From assembly GCF_006345805.1 (NCBI RefSeq), contig NC_043007.1, positions 3,596,001-3,660,000 of the forward strand: DNA of 64,000 nt, in the 5' to 3' direction. The notes beneath the pieces were generated by a model that was given only the letters and a program-made list of their open reading frames with translations, was not told where the DNA came from and did not search any database. The stretch comes from Octopus sinensis. Taxonomy: Eukaryota. Shown in pieces: positions 1-13,475 of this stretch. The position numbers and the translations under genes are program-made. The stretch's first letter is position 1. Each line of letters starts with the position of its first letter.

Positions 1-375
1 TTTCGTCTGCGTTACGTTGTGAGTTCAAATTCCGCCGAGGTCGACTTTGCCTTTCATCCTTTCGGGGTCGATAAATTAAGTACCAGTTACGCATTGGGGT
101 CGATGTAATCGACTTAATACCTATGTCTGTCCTTGTTTGTCCCCTCTGTGTTTAGCCCTTTGTGGGTAATAAAGAAATAGAAATAGGTATTTCGTCTGCG
201 TTACGTTGAGAGTTCAAATTCCGCCGAGGTCGACTTTGCCTTTCATCCTTTCGGGGTCGATAAATTAAGTACCAGTTACGCACTGGGGTCGATGTAATCG
301 ACTTAATACCTATGTCTGTCCTTGTTTGTCCCCTCTGTGTTTAGCCCCTTGTGGGTAATAAAGAAATGGGTATTT
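1..375 (+). mobile_element. Two tandem 189-bp partial units of SINE family A (Nin/Deu-like central domain)
   Basis: 1-189 and 190-375 are near-identical. They contain gtcgactttgcctttcatcctttcggggtcgataaattaagtaccag (resembles the Deu/Nin domain) and the tail gtgggtaataaagaaat. Same family at 6587, 18143 and 19735. Confidence 0.8.
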
Positions 376-1373
376 GTGTGTTTTTAAAAGGCTTGTAAAC
401 ATCTTCCATGCTGCAATTGCTTTTGTTTCAGCACACGATCTCAGATCAGGTCACTTACTATGCAAGTACATCTCCGTAACATCAATACAAAATGCGTTAT
501 TTGACGCATTCAGTGTACACATTTAATGTATACAGTGTAAGAAGAGTTGATGACTATGCACCCGAAATCCGAAATCGACCGTTGAATAGCTTCGTGATAA
601 AACGAATACAAAACAATTTCTATTGGTGAGTGTGTGTGTTTAGCTACATATGTATGTGCGTGTGTGTTTAGGTGTGTATGTGTGTATATGTTGTATGTAT
701 ACATATGTGTGTTTAGAGATGCATTCCAATATGTTTTAGTAACGCAAAATCTCATTGTGCCCTGTGGCACTTGAGGCGACAGCAAAATCATTCCACCGTC
801 TGACACTGAAAGCGTCCTTGACAACTTGTTCCATTGTATATATGTATGTTTATATATATACATATATATATACACATATAAATGTATATATATATATATA
901 TATAAATGTATATATATATATATAAATGTATATATGTAATTTATATGTCATGTATATTATATATTTATAAATGTGCGCGTGTATGTGCGTGTATGTGGTG
1001 TGTGCGCGTGTGCGCGTGTGTGTGCGTGCGTCTATTTGCATGTGTGCATGTATGTGCACGTGTGCGTCGATGTGCGTGTGCGTATGCGTGTGTATGTGCA
1101 CTGAACACTCCTCCGAATCGCAGGATTCACAACATTCAACCTATTACGGCCTCATCGTGCTCAAAGTGACTTACAAAATAAATTTGACAACATAATGAAT
1201 GTTCGGCCACTTTCCGAATCAGACTTAATGAAGCTGCCATGCTTGGCACGACTTGCGAGAAATGCGAAAGTTGATTGGACAAAGTTGTTGACATTTATGG
1301 AAACAAGGAAGTAGCGAGTACAATGAGATGAAAAGGATGTATAAAGTATACCCTTTTAACTTTACCCCAGATC

Positions 1374-2200
1374 TACGAGAGGAAGTCAAAAGTTATACGC
1401 ACTTTTGTTTCAGTAGTTTATTAAACCAAAAGCAAGAGACGAAGAATTACATCATTCTTCGACAGTCTCCTTACTCTTTGGTGCACTTCTAATGGTCTAC
1501 AAGCTTATTCAGTTGGAGAAGGTTTACGGTTGGTCGCATTCATGCACCGCTTTCTGCGCTTCTTCGTCCTTAGCAAATCGACAACCACGTAGGGGATGTT
1601 TTCAGCGGTCCAAAAAGATGATAGTCGGAAGGGGCGGAATGTGGACTATATGCAGGGTGTTTTAGCAACTCGAAATCTAATTTTTCAATGGTTTCAATGG
1701 TGTGAGCGGCCATATGGGAGCTTGCAATGTCGTGCTACAAAAACATTTGTTTTGACAATAAACCTCAGCATTTTATACGAATTTCCAGAAAGATCAAACC
1801 ACGGTTCCGTAATCACAAGAGTACCAGCTTTTGGTATACGAGCGCTGAAGGCAGTGCGGTCAATCTAAAAAAAGTTTTGGTGAAAGTGTGGATAATTTTT
1901 TTGACTTCTTGTGTACATAGATACGTAATGAATATCTCGCAGATGGTTAAATAAGGATGTGGGATTTATGCAGGAGGCTTGCATCAGTACTTGAGTGAAG
2001 CTTATTTTATCAACTCCGAACGATGTAATGCCAAACAGGTCTTGGCGGGATTGGAAATAAGAACCTTTTATTCAACGCTAAAATGATTCCCTTTGGTCGA
2101 CACTCTAAGATGGTTAAATAGAAGAAAAGTAAATAAACAGAAAATGTTCCAACTTTATTACTTAGTCGAAAACATAAGTTATTCCAAAAACCTTTGCAAA
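1374..2200 (-). pseudogene. Degraded mariner (DD34D-type) transposase relic
   Basis: Minus strand reads GLLSKQMFL*HDIASSHMAAHTIETIEKLDFELLKHPAYSPHSAPSDYHLL..LRGCRFAKDEEAQKAVHE, matching the mariner HDNA/HPPYSPDLAPSDYHLF motifs. TIR-like tacgag..gtcaaaagtt at 1374. Many stops and frameshifts. Confidence 0.85.
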
Positions 2201-2592
2201 CCAAACTGGTGATTTCTCAGTCTGATAGACTCGAATTTTCAGAACTCTTAGCAGAGAAGGTCTGTAAAGAAAATGTGTAAACGGAACGAATTTCAGGAAT
2301 GTGTAGTTCCAGAAGAGAAGGACAAGCCAATAGATTTATTAGCAATGGGGATGTTATGAGCCAGACATCAGACTGTATTCTGTGGTGAGATCCCAGCACG
2401 GGAGTTCACTATTTTGGTGGTTTGGGGGGCGGGGAATTATGGCGTCACCCCTTAGTCCTCACTACTTCCAGGTATTCTCTGACCCGGGTGTCAGTACCTG
2501 CCAAGGCCCCAAATTATAGGTCAAACAGCTGAATACAGTCATATAGCTAAGGCATACAAGGCTCGTAGGAACTGGACCCTTGACATAGGCAT

Positions 2593-2945
2593 GCACGTGG
2601 CTGTATGGTTAAGAAGTTCGCTTCGCAACCACGCGGTTTCGGGTTCAGTTCCATTTTGGGGCTCCTTGAACAAGTCTCTTCTACAATAACCCCGGGGTTG
2701 ACCAATGCTTTGTAAGTGAATTTGGTAAGCGGAAACTGTATGGAAGCCCGTCATATATGTGTGGATTCGTGTATTTGTGTTTGTCCCGCCACCATTTCAC
2801 AACCGATTTTGTTTTGTTTACGTCCCTTGATTTAGCATTTGAAGCACAGTAAGTGCCGGGGTCGCTTTGTTCGAATAAACCATTTAAGGTGCAGCCCTGA
2901 CACGGCCGCAATCTGATAACTGAAGCAAGTAAAAAAAAAAAAAAA
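2593..2945 (+). mobile_element. SINE family B, diverged copy
   Basis: tRNA-like head gtggctgtatggttaagaag..gggttcagttcc followed by the same body and tail as the copies at 5515 and 29495. Confidence 0.75.
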
Positions 2946-3305
2946 CGAATACAAGACAAGAAAAATAGAAATAATATATTTCTAAATCTCTCAAAGACAT
3001 TTATACAGTAGCAACACGATAAAGTGATGGTATGTTGTCAACTTAATGTGACAGTCCCATAAAAGGGAAGAATGCTACTGTTATTTAGCCCTAGGAAACA
3101 CCATTTCCTGTTGGACTTGACATATTTCCTGTGTCCTTGTGTTTTCAAAGTAGAGACAAGGGAGTTAATCGAATATGTCACAGAGAATCCCCTCGGCAAA
3201 TAGTGTAGTGGAACAGGCGAAGGGGAAAACAGCTCCAATAATTAACACTGGTTTGGATTATTATTTACCTGAAAAATAATTAAAATTGTAATTCTCGTGT
3301 TTTAA

Positions 3306-3396
3306 TTAACCCTTCATATTTACCATTGATTGTTCTAACTTAATGGAATTATCTGTTTACGGTACCGTCTTCTCAGATTTGTTACGGAAGGGTTAA
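3306..3396. mobile_element. Small piggyBac-like MITE
   Basis: TTAA-cccttc ... gaaggg-TTAA: inverted CCCTT termini flanked by TTAA. Confidence 0.5.
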
Positions 3397-3959
3397 TATG
3401 TCCAAATATTTTGCTTGATAAATGGCCGACGACTAGATTTCAGTAAATTAAGTAAAAATCATCGAAAACCCGATATGTTATTGAACAGATTATACTTTGA
3501 AAAAAAGCAATTATCTTTGCGCATCACAAAAATTGGTAAACGAAAGCTGGACAAATAATTTCTATGATGTTCCTGGCAGTACAAAGGGACGGGGAAATAG
3601 CCATTAACGAATCTAATTTGGAGATCGCAGAAGTAGTTTTAAAAAGTTTTTGCTGAAATATATGAAAAGAAAGATATCGCCAGGTCTATCTTTTCATTCT
3701 GAAGATGTGTGTCCTATTGGTTAGGATATTTGGCTCGTGATTATAAGGTCTTAGGTTCAATTTCTGCTCTAGGCAGTGCACTGTGTCCTTCAGTGCAGGA
3801 CTTCATTAAACGTTATTTCTGTCTATTCGGTTGTAAATTAGTATCAACTAGGTACTGTTGCAGCTCTCTCCCTCTTTGTCTCCTCCCTCTCTCTCTCTCT
3901 CTTTCTCTCTCTCTATCTATCTATCTATTTATCTATCTATCTATTGATCGATCTATCTC

Positions 3960-4320
3960 TCTGCGTGGTAAAAAGAAGCTTGTCTACCAAATACATGGTT
4001 CCGAGTTCATCTCATTGTGTGGCGCCTTGGCCAAGTGTCTTCTACTCTAGCACCAGACGACCAAAGCCTTGTAACTGGATTTGATTGACGGAAACTGAAA
4101 GAATCCATTGGTCGCACGCGCGCGCGTGCGTGTATATGTGCGTTTCTTTGTGTCTGTGTTTGTCCCCCCACCACCGCTTGACAACCTGTGATGGTGCACT
4201 TAGGCCCCCGTAACTGACCGACAGAAGAAGTACCAGGCTGAAGAGAAAATGTAAGTACTGAGGCCGACTCATTTGATTAAAATTCTTCAGAGTGGTACTC
4301 CAGTATGGCCACCATGTAAA
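3960..4320 (+). mobile_element. SINE family B, diverged copy
   Basis: gtggtaaaaagaagcttg..ccttggccaagtgtcttctac..gacggaaactgaaagaa, homologous to the other B copies. Confidence 0.75.
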
Positions 4321-4331
4321 TTATATATATA

Positions 4332-4375
<44 letters not shown>

Positions 4376-5514
4376 TGCAGTTGATAAATTATGATAACGC
4401 TACTTCTCCATTTTCTTGATTTTAATTTGAATATATATATATATCGATCTATCTCAATCTTTTCTTTTCCAACTGTGCCACAGACCAGTGGAGAGAAGGA
4501 CGAGAGGGGTGAATGTCTGCTCACGACATCATATGCACCTAAAACACTTAGTTAAAGCCTGGTGTATGCTACCAAGCCATACTCGCTCGGGAGTGACGGC
4601 TCGCTGTGCATACTTAAATATGATGTTATTGAATTAAAAAATATAACTGAATTGTGGATGTTTAAATATACATTTATTCCTACATAACTCTATATGATAT
4701 ATTTGATAGTAGAAAAACAGCAGTTCTTCCTTGAATCTTATTTATTTGATAATCTGTCAGATTTTTGATGATTTTCCTATGTTGTCAGCTATTAGATAGA
4801 ACATTATCTGATGACACGTCATATTCTAAATAAATTATGAAGAACTGAACGGAAAAACATATTAAATTTCTAGGTATCTTCACCAAACATTGCTGGTAAT
4901 TTTTTCATCATAAACAAGTTGACACATCAATTGTAAATATGAAATATTAGATATTGTAGACTGTTGTACTTTTTTCTATTTTTTAAGAGCAAACAAATAG
5001 GTGTGTATATTTACCTGACTAAATGGCAGTTAGTTTTGATACAACAAGTAGAAAAATGTGTTATTTTCTAAATTGCTTTTTAGAAATATTTGCGAAAGTT
5101 ATGAGAGATTTAACGAAAAAATCATGTGCTACCTCTGTGACTTGCGTCACACGGCTAGCTCACGTGATTCTCTTAGGGTCCCTCGAGGAAACCTGATATT
5201 GCTTATTACTTTATCCAGACACCTAAAGTAATTTCGGACCAAAACTTCTGAGGAAACAAATCGCAAATTAGGCAATTCCCTGTCTGCTCAAAATATTGAT
5301 CTGCCTGTCTTGTGTCTATTTGCAAATCGGTGAAACACATCAGCGTGATGTGTCTTGGTTATAATCACGCCACGAGCGGTCACGAAATTAGAACTGCTCA
5401 GCTCTCAATTTCTTACCAATTTCTCTAAAGACACAAACGTTTGAGTGTCTCAACAGAAATTAATGCGAAAATAATTGTTCGTGTCTAAACTAAAATTACA
5501 ACATTAAGTAAATA

Positions 5515-5704
5515 GGAGTGGCTGTGTGGTAAGTAGCATGCTTACCAACCACATGGTTCCGGGTTCAGTCCCACTGTGTGGCACCTTGGGCAAGTGTCTT
5601 CTACTATAGCCTCGGGCCGACCAAAGCCTTGTGAGTTGATTTGGTAGACGGAAACTGAAAAGAGGCCCGTCGTATATATGTATATATATATATATATATA
5701 TATA

Positions 5705-5756
<52 letters not shown>

Positions 5757-5955
5757 GTCTGTGTTTGTCCCCGCAACGTCGCTTGATTAACTGATTCTGG
5801 TATGTTTACGTCCCAGTAACGTAGCGGTTCCGCAAAAAAGACCGATAGAATAAGTACTAGGCTTACAAAGAATAAGTCTTGGGGCTCAATTAGCTCGACT
5901 AAAGGCGGTGCTCCAGCATGGCCGCAGTCAAACGACTGAAACAAGTAAAAGAGTA
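5515..5955 (+). mobile_element. SINE family B, full length (tRNA head, CORE-like body, internal TA/TG microsatellite)
   Basis: Box A/B-like head ggagtggctgtgtggtaag...gggttcagtccc, then ggcaccttgggcaagtgtcttct, internal (TA)n(TG)n, and tail gactgaaacaagtaaaagagt. Confidence 0.88.
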
Positions 5956-6193
5956 AATAATGGCAACGACATGAAGTAAACTAAAGGACAATATAATATA
6001 TCAAAGCGTCGGCCATCATAAAACGGGTAAGTTTGGAAGGATATTTTTGCCACCGTTGGGTGATATCAGGAAATAAAGAAGACATACAATAATTATAATT
6101 TAATTGTTATCAAATTTAATTGTCATCTTGCTGCTTATACAAAAATCATGAAATTGATACTCATTTCTAAAAACAATTATGATTTCTTTAAAA

Positions 6194-6308
6194 TACAGGG
6201 TGGACCAAAACTCACGCACCACGAATTTGTTTTGTAATTAGTTTTCGAAATGTATAGTATGTATTAAATATTTAATCTTGGTGTGGGACTTTTGGCCCAT
6301 CCTCTATA
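6194..6308. mobile_element. Tc1/mariner-type MITE
   Basis: TA-cagggtggaccaaaa ... tttggcccatcctc-TA: imperfect TIRs with TA flanks. Confidence 0.55.
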
Positions 6309-6485
6309 ATTAAATAAAACGATCTTCTCATTTTATAACTCCTCCCACAAGTATCCTATCGTTGACCCCTATCGGTTCCTCTTCTTTCTCCTCCCACCAA
6401 GATTGACTTTTGAACTCCTGCATCTCTCTTAACTCACTCTATTTCTCTTTTACTCCCTCTCCCTCCCTTTCTCTCTCTCTCTTTC

Positions 6486-6517
<32 letters not shown>

Positions 6518-6586
6518 CTTCTTTCTATTCGAGGAAAAGTGTGACTTGAAAATGCAACTAATCAACGAACGTGCTTATCGGTTTAA

Positions 6587-6767
6587 GGCGGCGAGCTGGC
6601 AGAAACGGTAGCACTTCGTCTGCCGTTACGTTCTGAGTTCAAATTCCGCCGAGGTCGACTTTGCCTTTCATCCTTTTGGGGTCGATTAAATAAGAACCAG
6701 TTACGCACTAGGGTCGATATAATCGACTTAATCCGTTTGTCTGTCCTTGTTTGTCCTTTCCGTGTTA
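6587..6767 (+). mobile_element. SINE family A with internal deletion
   Basis: ggcggcgagctggcagaaac head; lacks ~20 nt present in the 18143 copy; ends in a (TATG)n array. Confidence 0.85.
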
Positions 6768-6812
6768 TATATGTATATATGTATATATGTATATATGTAT
6801 GTATGTATGATG

Positions 6813-6846
<34 letters not shown>

Positions 6847-6969
6847 TGTATGTATGTATTATGTATGTATGTATGTGTGTATGTAATGTATGTATGTATG
6901 TATGTATGTATGTATGTTTGCATGCATGTATGTATGTATGTATGTATGTATGTATGTATGTATGTATAT

Positions 6970-7372
6970 GTTAGTTAGTTAGTTAGTTAGTTAGTTAATT
7001 TGGCTCAAAAGCAAATAGCAAGTCCATGTAGGGGGACATGGAGTTAAGTACAGGGTGGTGTTCATGTAAAGAGTTCAGGCCACTTGAGGTCCAAGGAGGC
7101 TTTGAACAAAGCGGTCGTCGGCATCTTCACCATCTCGTCTGGCAGCTTGTTCCACGGATCCGCAACCCGGACGGAGAAAGCTCTCCTTCGATTGAGATGA
7201 AATCGTCGCAGGTAGAGCTTTTCGGAATGACCCCGCACCCGACGCTCTGGAGCAGGAGTGAAGAACAGCTCTTTCGAGAGGTTACACTTTCCGCTTATGA
7301 TGTTGTGGGCGAGAATGAGATCACCACGGCGCGCGGCGTTTTTCAAGAGAATAAAGGTCGAGCGTCCTCAGC
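6970..7372 (-). mobile_element. 5'-truncated CR1/L2-group LINE 3' end with (TAAC)n tail
   Basis: ORF 7062-7346 RRGDLILAHNI..RGHSEKL..RAFSVRVADPWNKLP is a typical CR1/L2 ORF2 C-terminus. Short 3' UTR, then (ttag)n at 6970-6995. Confidence 0.85.
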
Positions 7373-7380
7373 CTTTCTTC

Positions 7381-7382
7381 TT

Positions 7383-7444
<62 letters not shown>

Positions 7445-7463
7445 AATAATAATGATGATGATG

Positions 7464-7512
<49 letters not shown>

Positions 7513-7574
7513 TGATAATGATAATAACAATAATGATAATAATGATAATGATAATAATAATAATGATGATGATG

Positions 7575-7619
<45 letters not shown>

Positions 7620-7787
7620 GTGATGATGATGATAATGATAATAACAATAATGATAATAATAATAATGATAATAATAATAAAAATAATAATGATAATAATG
7701 ATGATGATGATAATGATAATAAAAATAATGATAATAATAATAATAATAATAATAATGATGATGATGATAATGATAATAACAATAATG

Positions 7788-7833
<46 letters not shown>

Positions 7834-7959
7834 TAATAATGATAATAATAATAATAATATGATATAATAATAATATAATAATGATAATAAATAAAAATAA
7901 TAATGATAATAAAATGATAATAATAATAAAAATAATAATGATATATAATAATAATAATG

Positions 7960-7996
<37 letters not shown>

Positions 7997-8300
7997 TAAT
8001 AATAATAAAAATAATAATGATAATAATAATAATAATAATAATGATAATAATAATAATAATAATGATAATAATAATAAAAATAATAATGATAATAATAATA
8101 ATAATAATGATAATAATAATAAAAATAATAATGATAATAATAATAATAATAATGATAATAATAATAATAATAATGATAATAATAATAAAAATAATAATGA
8201 TAATAATAATAATAATAATGATAATAATAATAATAATAATGATAATAATAATAAAAATAATAATGATAATAATAATAATAATAATAATGATAATAGTAAT
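7381..8300. repeat. ~920-bp compound (AAT/GAT) trinucleotide array with higher-order blocks
   Basis: Read directly from sequence; source of the poly-I/N/L/Y ORFs. Confidence 0.97.
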
Positions 8301-8763
8301 AAAAGTCTTCGGCTGTTTTTGTTGTTGTCTCGCGTTGAAGAGTCAACCTTTCGACAACAAAACAAAAAAAAACACACAAATAAAAGGATTAGACTTTTTA
8401 CATCTTTATTTCAAGAAACAATATCTCCATTACTTCTGACTAATTTTTCTTTCCATTATTATTATCATTGTGTGTGTGTGTTTGTATGTTTGTATGTGTG
8501 TGCTTGCTTGTGTGTTTGTGTGTATGCGTGTTTGTGTATTTGTGTTTGTATGTGTTTGAATGTGTTTGTGTGAGTGTTTGTGTATTTGTGTTTGTTTGTG
8601 TGTTTGTCTGTATTTTTGTTTTTGTGTATGTTTGTATGTGTGTGTCTGTGTTAGTGTGTTTGTGTGTGTGCGTGTTTGTGTGTGTTTGTTTGTGTGTGTG
8701 TGTTTGTGTGTTTTTGTGTATTTGTGTGTGTGTGCGTGTGTGTGTACGTTTGCATGTACGCTT

Positions 8764-8817
<54 letters not shown>

Positions 8818-9356
8818 GTATCTGTGTGTGTGTCTTGTATATGTGTGTGTGCGTGTGTGCAAATAGGAACAGCTTTTCCTTCAATCATATATTAAAGAGA
8901 TGGTTATGTTCAAATCTGATCTTTCAATATTTCCTTTTCCGTTCTTTCGCTTTCGTGTGAAACAATAACTTTCTTAAATTCATTAGTATATTGACCTATC
9001 GGAAATTTCACAATACCATTTCCAAAATGTAATGCTTCTAGTGCCACGCTGTCCGCGCATCTCCCCAACGACACCTAAAGAAGCAGCACAGATAACGATT
9101 CCACGGGTGATGATATCAGGGTAAATAGGTGTATGGCATCCCTTACCAACTACAAACGGAAGGAAACTTAAACATAACTACATTCGACGGCACCACCACG
9201 CAATCGCTTTAGTAACGTTCCTTGTCTAAGTCCACCTTGTGACTTGGTATTACTCAATGGAAACCCAGCTTGCCAACCAACAATAAGGAAATAGGGAGTC
9301 ACCTTTCAAGCCGAAGGGGCCAAGATCTCGCTAACTATGATTATATGGAAGAATAG

Positions 9357-9395
<39 letters not shown>

Positions 9396-9406
9396 TACAT
9401 ACATAC

Positions 9407-9438
<32 letters not shown>

Positions 9439-9456
9439 GCAGACAGACAGGCAGAC

Positions 9457-9531
<75 letters not shown>

Positions 9532-9643
9532 CAGACAGAAAGACAGGAACATTGTGCGCCCTAGGACTAATATATCGAGTAGGGGTCAGCAATACCTGTG
9601 CAGAGTTTAAGGTCCAATAAGGCTTGCACGACACCTCATAGAC

Positions 9644-9859
9644 CAGGGGTGGGCAAACTTTTTTGATCGCCGGCCGCACAGTGCGTCTTTGGAACCTTGG
9701 CGGGCCTCATTTATAAAAATCAAGTGAAAATATTGTGAATTACCGTACAGTTACGAAGTATCTGCATAGAAGTTGGGATTCATAAAAGCTCTCGGCGGGC
9801 CGCATGAAAACCTATGGCGGACCGCATGCGGCCCGCGGGCCGTAGTTTGCCCACCCCTG
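9644..9859. mobile_element. hAT MITE with perfect TIRs and 8-bp TSD
   Basis: TIR caggggtgggcaaact / agtttgcccacccctg (16 bp perfect). TSD tcatagac at 9636-9643 and 9860-9867. Confidence 0.95.
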
Positions 9860-10383
9860 TCATAGACCCTCTCCATTTTATTGAGATTATCCAGAGACAA
9901 GCCAGAGCGAGCAGCTCTGGTGCTAATTTGAGTCGCAGGCTCAGGGATGTGGGAGCACCGTGATCTCTAGCACAAACCAAAGATACCCAAAATGATCAAT
10001 GCCATGTCTGGTTTTATATCAAAGTGACCTTCTCCTAGAGGCATGCTTCAACAGATGCTGAGGAGTGCCTTACTCCCAGTGGTCTTTCAGCACGCCGGAC
10101 ACCATCCCGGAATTTCTGCGTACCCGTGTTATTGCTGGATAGCCATTCTTGTTTTTAATACTGCTGGGTTTCTAGTAACCCTCCTCGCCAGGGTAGCCTG
10201 GTTGGGGTGCCGGTTTAGTCGCCGATAACCCGACCATGCAACAGGTTGTACTGGATTCCATGTTACCAGTAGCACTTATGAAAGCCTCATAAGTTACCTG
10301 ACATACATACATACATACATACACATACATACATACATACATACATACATACATACATACATACATACATACATACATACATC

Positions 10384-10972
10384 TGCCCAGTGGATGTTAA
10401 CCTAAAGCTAAAGATCAGTGAAAAAGAGAACACTTATGCTGAACTATTGAGGAATCTACAGCTACTTTATTCAGATTACAAGCTCAGGTTTATACCTGTA
10501 ATTATTGGGGCACTGGGATATATAACACACTACCTAATACCAATCTTGAGATGTTAGGCTTCTCAAAACCAGAAAGGAGAAAACTGATTCGAAGACTACA
10601 GATCCAAGCAATCACTGGAACTGTAAAAGTCTGCAAAACTTTCCAGAAGTTTATAATTTAAATATATATGAGAATGTCTAGATATGCAACTATATGCATG
10701 AGAAGACATACATAAAACAAAACGTACAAATCTGCGCATATACTTAATGCATGCACACATGCATACATACATACATACATACATACATACATACATACAT
10801 ACATACATACATACATACATACATACATACATACATACATACATACATACATACATACACACATAGAAAAATACCCTGCTCATGTTGAAATTCCAATGAA
10901 GGATTCTTGGATCTAGCTTAGAAACCATCACCTTTTCTATTGGCAAGAAATCTTGAAATAAAACCGAATAAT
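10384..10972 (+). mobile_element. 3' end of an RLE-type non-LTR retrotransposon (R4/Dong-like)
   Basis: Reads CPVDVNLKLKISEKENTYAELLRNLQLLYSDYKLRFIPVIIGALG, the end of a restriction-like endonuclease domain. 3' UTR contains (TACA)n; its terminal part recurs inverted at 54811-54915. Confidence 0.75.
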
Positions 10973-11004
10973 TACATGTATACTCATGCGTGTATGTATA
11001 TATG

Positions 11005-11053
<49 letters not shown>

Positions 11054-11115
11054 ATGTATGTGTAAATATGTATGTGCATATATAAGTGTGCTTGTGTGTG
11101 TATATATAATATATA

Positions 11116-11148
<33 letters not shown>

Positions 11149-11769
11149 CGCACACACACACACACACATACATATAGAATCCAATCACGAAGCACATTCT
11201 ATAGATTTTTGAAACAACTTTCATAAACCTCATTTGGCAGATTGGTAACAAAATGAAGGAAACATTACGTTTCTCGATGTCGCATGATTACACTTAAAAC
11301 GACTCAATCAAATAATGAGAAGTTTACTTCATGCAAAAGAAATTTCAAGAATTCCTGTAGACTGGTTCCACTCCAAATGCTAATGCATGGCCCAGTAGTT
11401 CAGGCATTCGCTTAGACAGACAAATAGACAGACAGACAGGCAGGCAGGCAGGCAGGCAAGCAGACAGACAGATCGATGGAGACGTGACTCTAATTTTCTT
11501 TTTCCTTTTCCGTTTTTATTTACTCTTCCACTTTTTACCTGAACCTTTTTGTCGTTTTCTCATGGCTTTTCATTTCCCAGCGTCCTGGTTTTCAAATTGA
11601 ACAGACCATATACTCAGAGCCCGAAGATTGCTTGGAGACACAAGGCGTGTTATAAAGACCTGCCTACTACCGATAGAATATATACGATATTGAGAACACG
11701 TATTGACGTCTATTTGATCACCAGAACACTTCAAGAAAATGCCACAGCATGGCCGTATCGGTAGCCACT

Positions 11770-11915
11770 ACAAACATTTTTTCTCTCGTAGGCTCGAAAC
11801 GTAAAACACTTTTTACAATTCCTGAGCGTTATACTAATACATCTGTTTGTTTTCTACACCGCACCTGTCTTCGTCTCTTTTTGTTTGTTTGTTTTTTTCG
11901 TGAACTCCTCCCTAC
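11770..11915 (+). mobile_element. Penelope-like terminal (pLTR) fragment
   Basis: cgtaggctcgaaacgtaaaa..gagcgt..cacctgtcttcgtc, homologous to 17300-17430 and (inverted) 12900-13015; ends in (TA)n. Confidence 0.6.
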
Positions 11916-11924
11916 ATATATATA

Positions 11925-11979
<55 letters not shown>

Positions 11980-12511
11980 TTATGGATGTTAACCTTTTCA
12001 TTTCGAAAGAAATCAATTTCCAATCATCGCGATTTCATATAATAAACCATACGCCCTAGCAGACAAAAGGTTAAACCATATCTAAAAACGCTTTTCTCGT
12101 GGTTAACGTCGTGTGGTTTATTCTCGCAACAATTCATTGTCGGATTTATTCAGACTTAAACCACGCTGTAAAACAAAACATTGTCGAGAAACAAGGCTCC
12201 TTCATAATGGAACAACGAGTAATTAAATTGTATTAAGTTTTCTAATTTCAATGTTATCATGCGATTAAAATTTTTCTGTTTATTGAAATATGCACGAATT
12301 GGTTACAAAACAGTTATGGAATAATTTCTTGGTTTAATCACCGGAATCAGTGGGAATTTACATATAAATAATTTTGGAGAAAAGTTATGGACGCTCAGGT
12401 CGCAGCTAAATTTGAAAGAAGAAATTCTACTTGTTGGTGTCGATATTTCTGCTGTTGCTATTTGTCCCTAATTCAGCCCTGAATCAAAATTGTACTTCCC
12501 ATGACTATTCC

Positions 12512-12595
<84 letters not shown>

Positions 12596-12620
12596 TCTCT
12601 CTCTCTATATATATATATAT

Positions 12621-13475
12621 ACTCTTTTACTCTTTTACTTGTTTCAGTCATTTGACTGTGGCCATGCTGGAGCACCGCCTTTAGTCGAGCAAATCGACCC
12701 CAGGACTTATTCTTTGTAAGCCTAGTACTTATTCTATCGGTTTCCTTTGCCGAACCGCTAAGTTACGGGGACGTAAACACACAAGCATCGGTTGTCAAGC
12801 GATGTTGAGTGTACAAAAACAGACACACAAACACATACACACACATACATATACATATACATATATATATATGTATGTGTGTATATATAGTGAGAATTTA
12901 CAAATAAACAAAAGTGGAAGACAGGTGTGTAAACAGCAAACAGACGTATTAGTTTAAGGTTCGGGAAGTGAGAAAGTCGTTTACGTTTCGAGCCTACGCT
13001 CTTTGACCGAAAGGAACACAGAAACAAACAGGGAGAGAAAATAGAAAAAGGTTTCGTGGCTAGCGATCTATCATGGCGATTGCTGGACAGAGGGGTCACA
13101 CAGGAGAGCTAGGAAGAAGGGGAGATAATTAAAGTAGCGGTGATCCCAAAACGAAGGTGCGCGTGCATAAGTATGTGAGAGCGTGTATGTGCGTGTGGAA
13201 CGAGGCTCGTGGCCTTGACGTGTGCGTGCGCGCATGTGTAGGTGTGTGGATGATGATGTAGGTACTGGGAAGTGGTCAGTGCTAGACTTTGCACACACGC
13301 ACACCTATATATATATATATATATATATATACACGACGGACTTCTTTCATTTTCCGTCTACCAAATCCACTCACAAGGCTTTGGTCGACCCGAGGCTAGA
13401 AGACACTTGCCCAAGGTGCCACGCAGTGGGACTGAACCCGGAACTATATGGTTGGGAAGCAAGCGTCTTACCATA
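12621..13475 (-). mobile_element. SINE family B split by a PLE fragment
   Basis: 3' half at 12621-12880 and 5' half at 13310-13475 are separated by non-SINE sequence at the internal microsatellite. Confidence 0.8.
12885..13300 (-). mobile_element. Penelope-like terminal fragment
   Basis: Contains acgtttcgagcctacgctc, the reverse complement of the motif at 17312-17330; flanked by TA/TG microsatellites. Confidence 0.6.

Noticed and set aside
2391-2540. 10-bp inverted repeat gactgtattc/gaatacagtc as MITE ends
   Set aside because: Too short, no clear TSD, and single copy in the window.
5515-5575. tRNA genes
   Set aside because: Box A/B heads continue into SINE bodies and do not form complete cloverleaves.
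7038-8960. Long ORFs (274-344 aa) of poly-I/L/Y/N and CV/HT repeats
   Set aside because: Translations of AAT and TG microsatellites, open in several frames on both strands; the same applies to 22014-22682, 25061-25904, 35798-36444 and 37649-38366.
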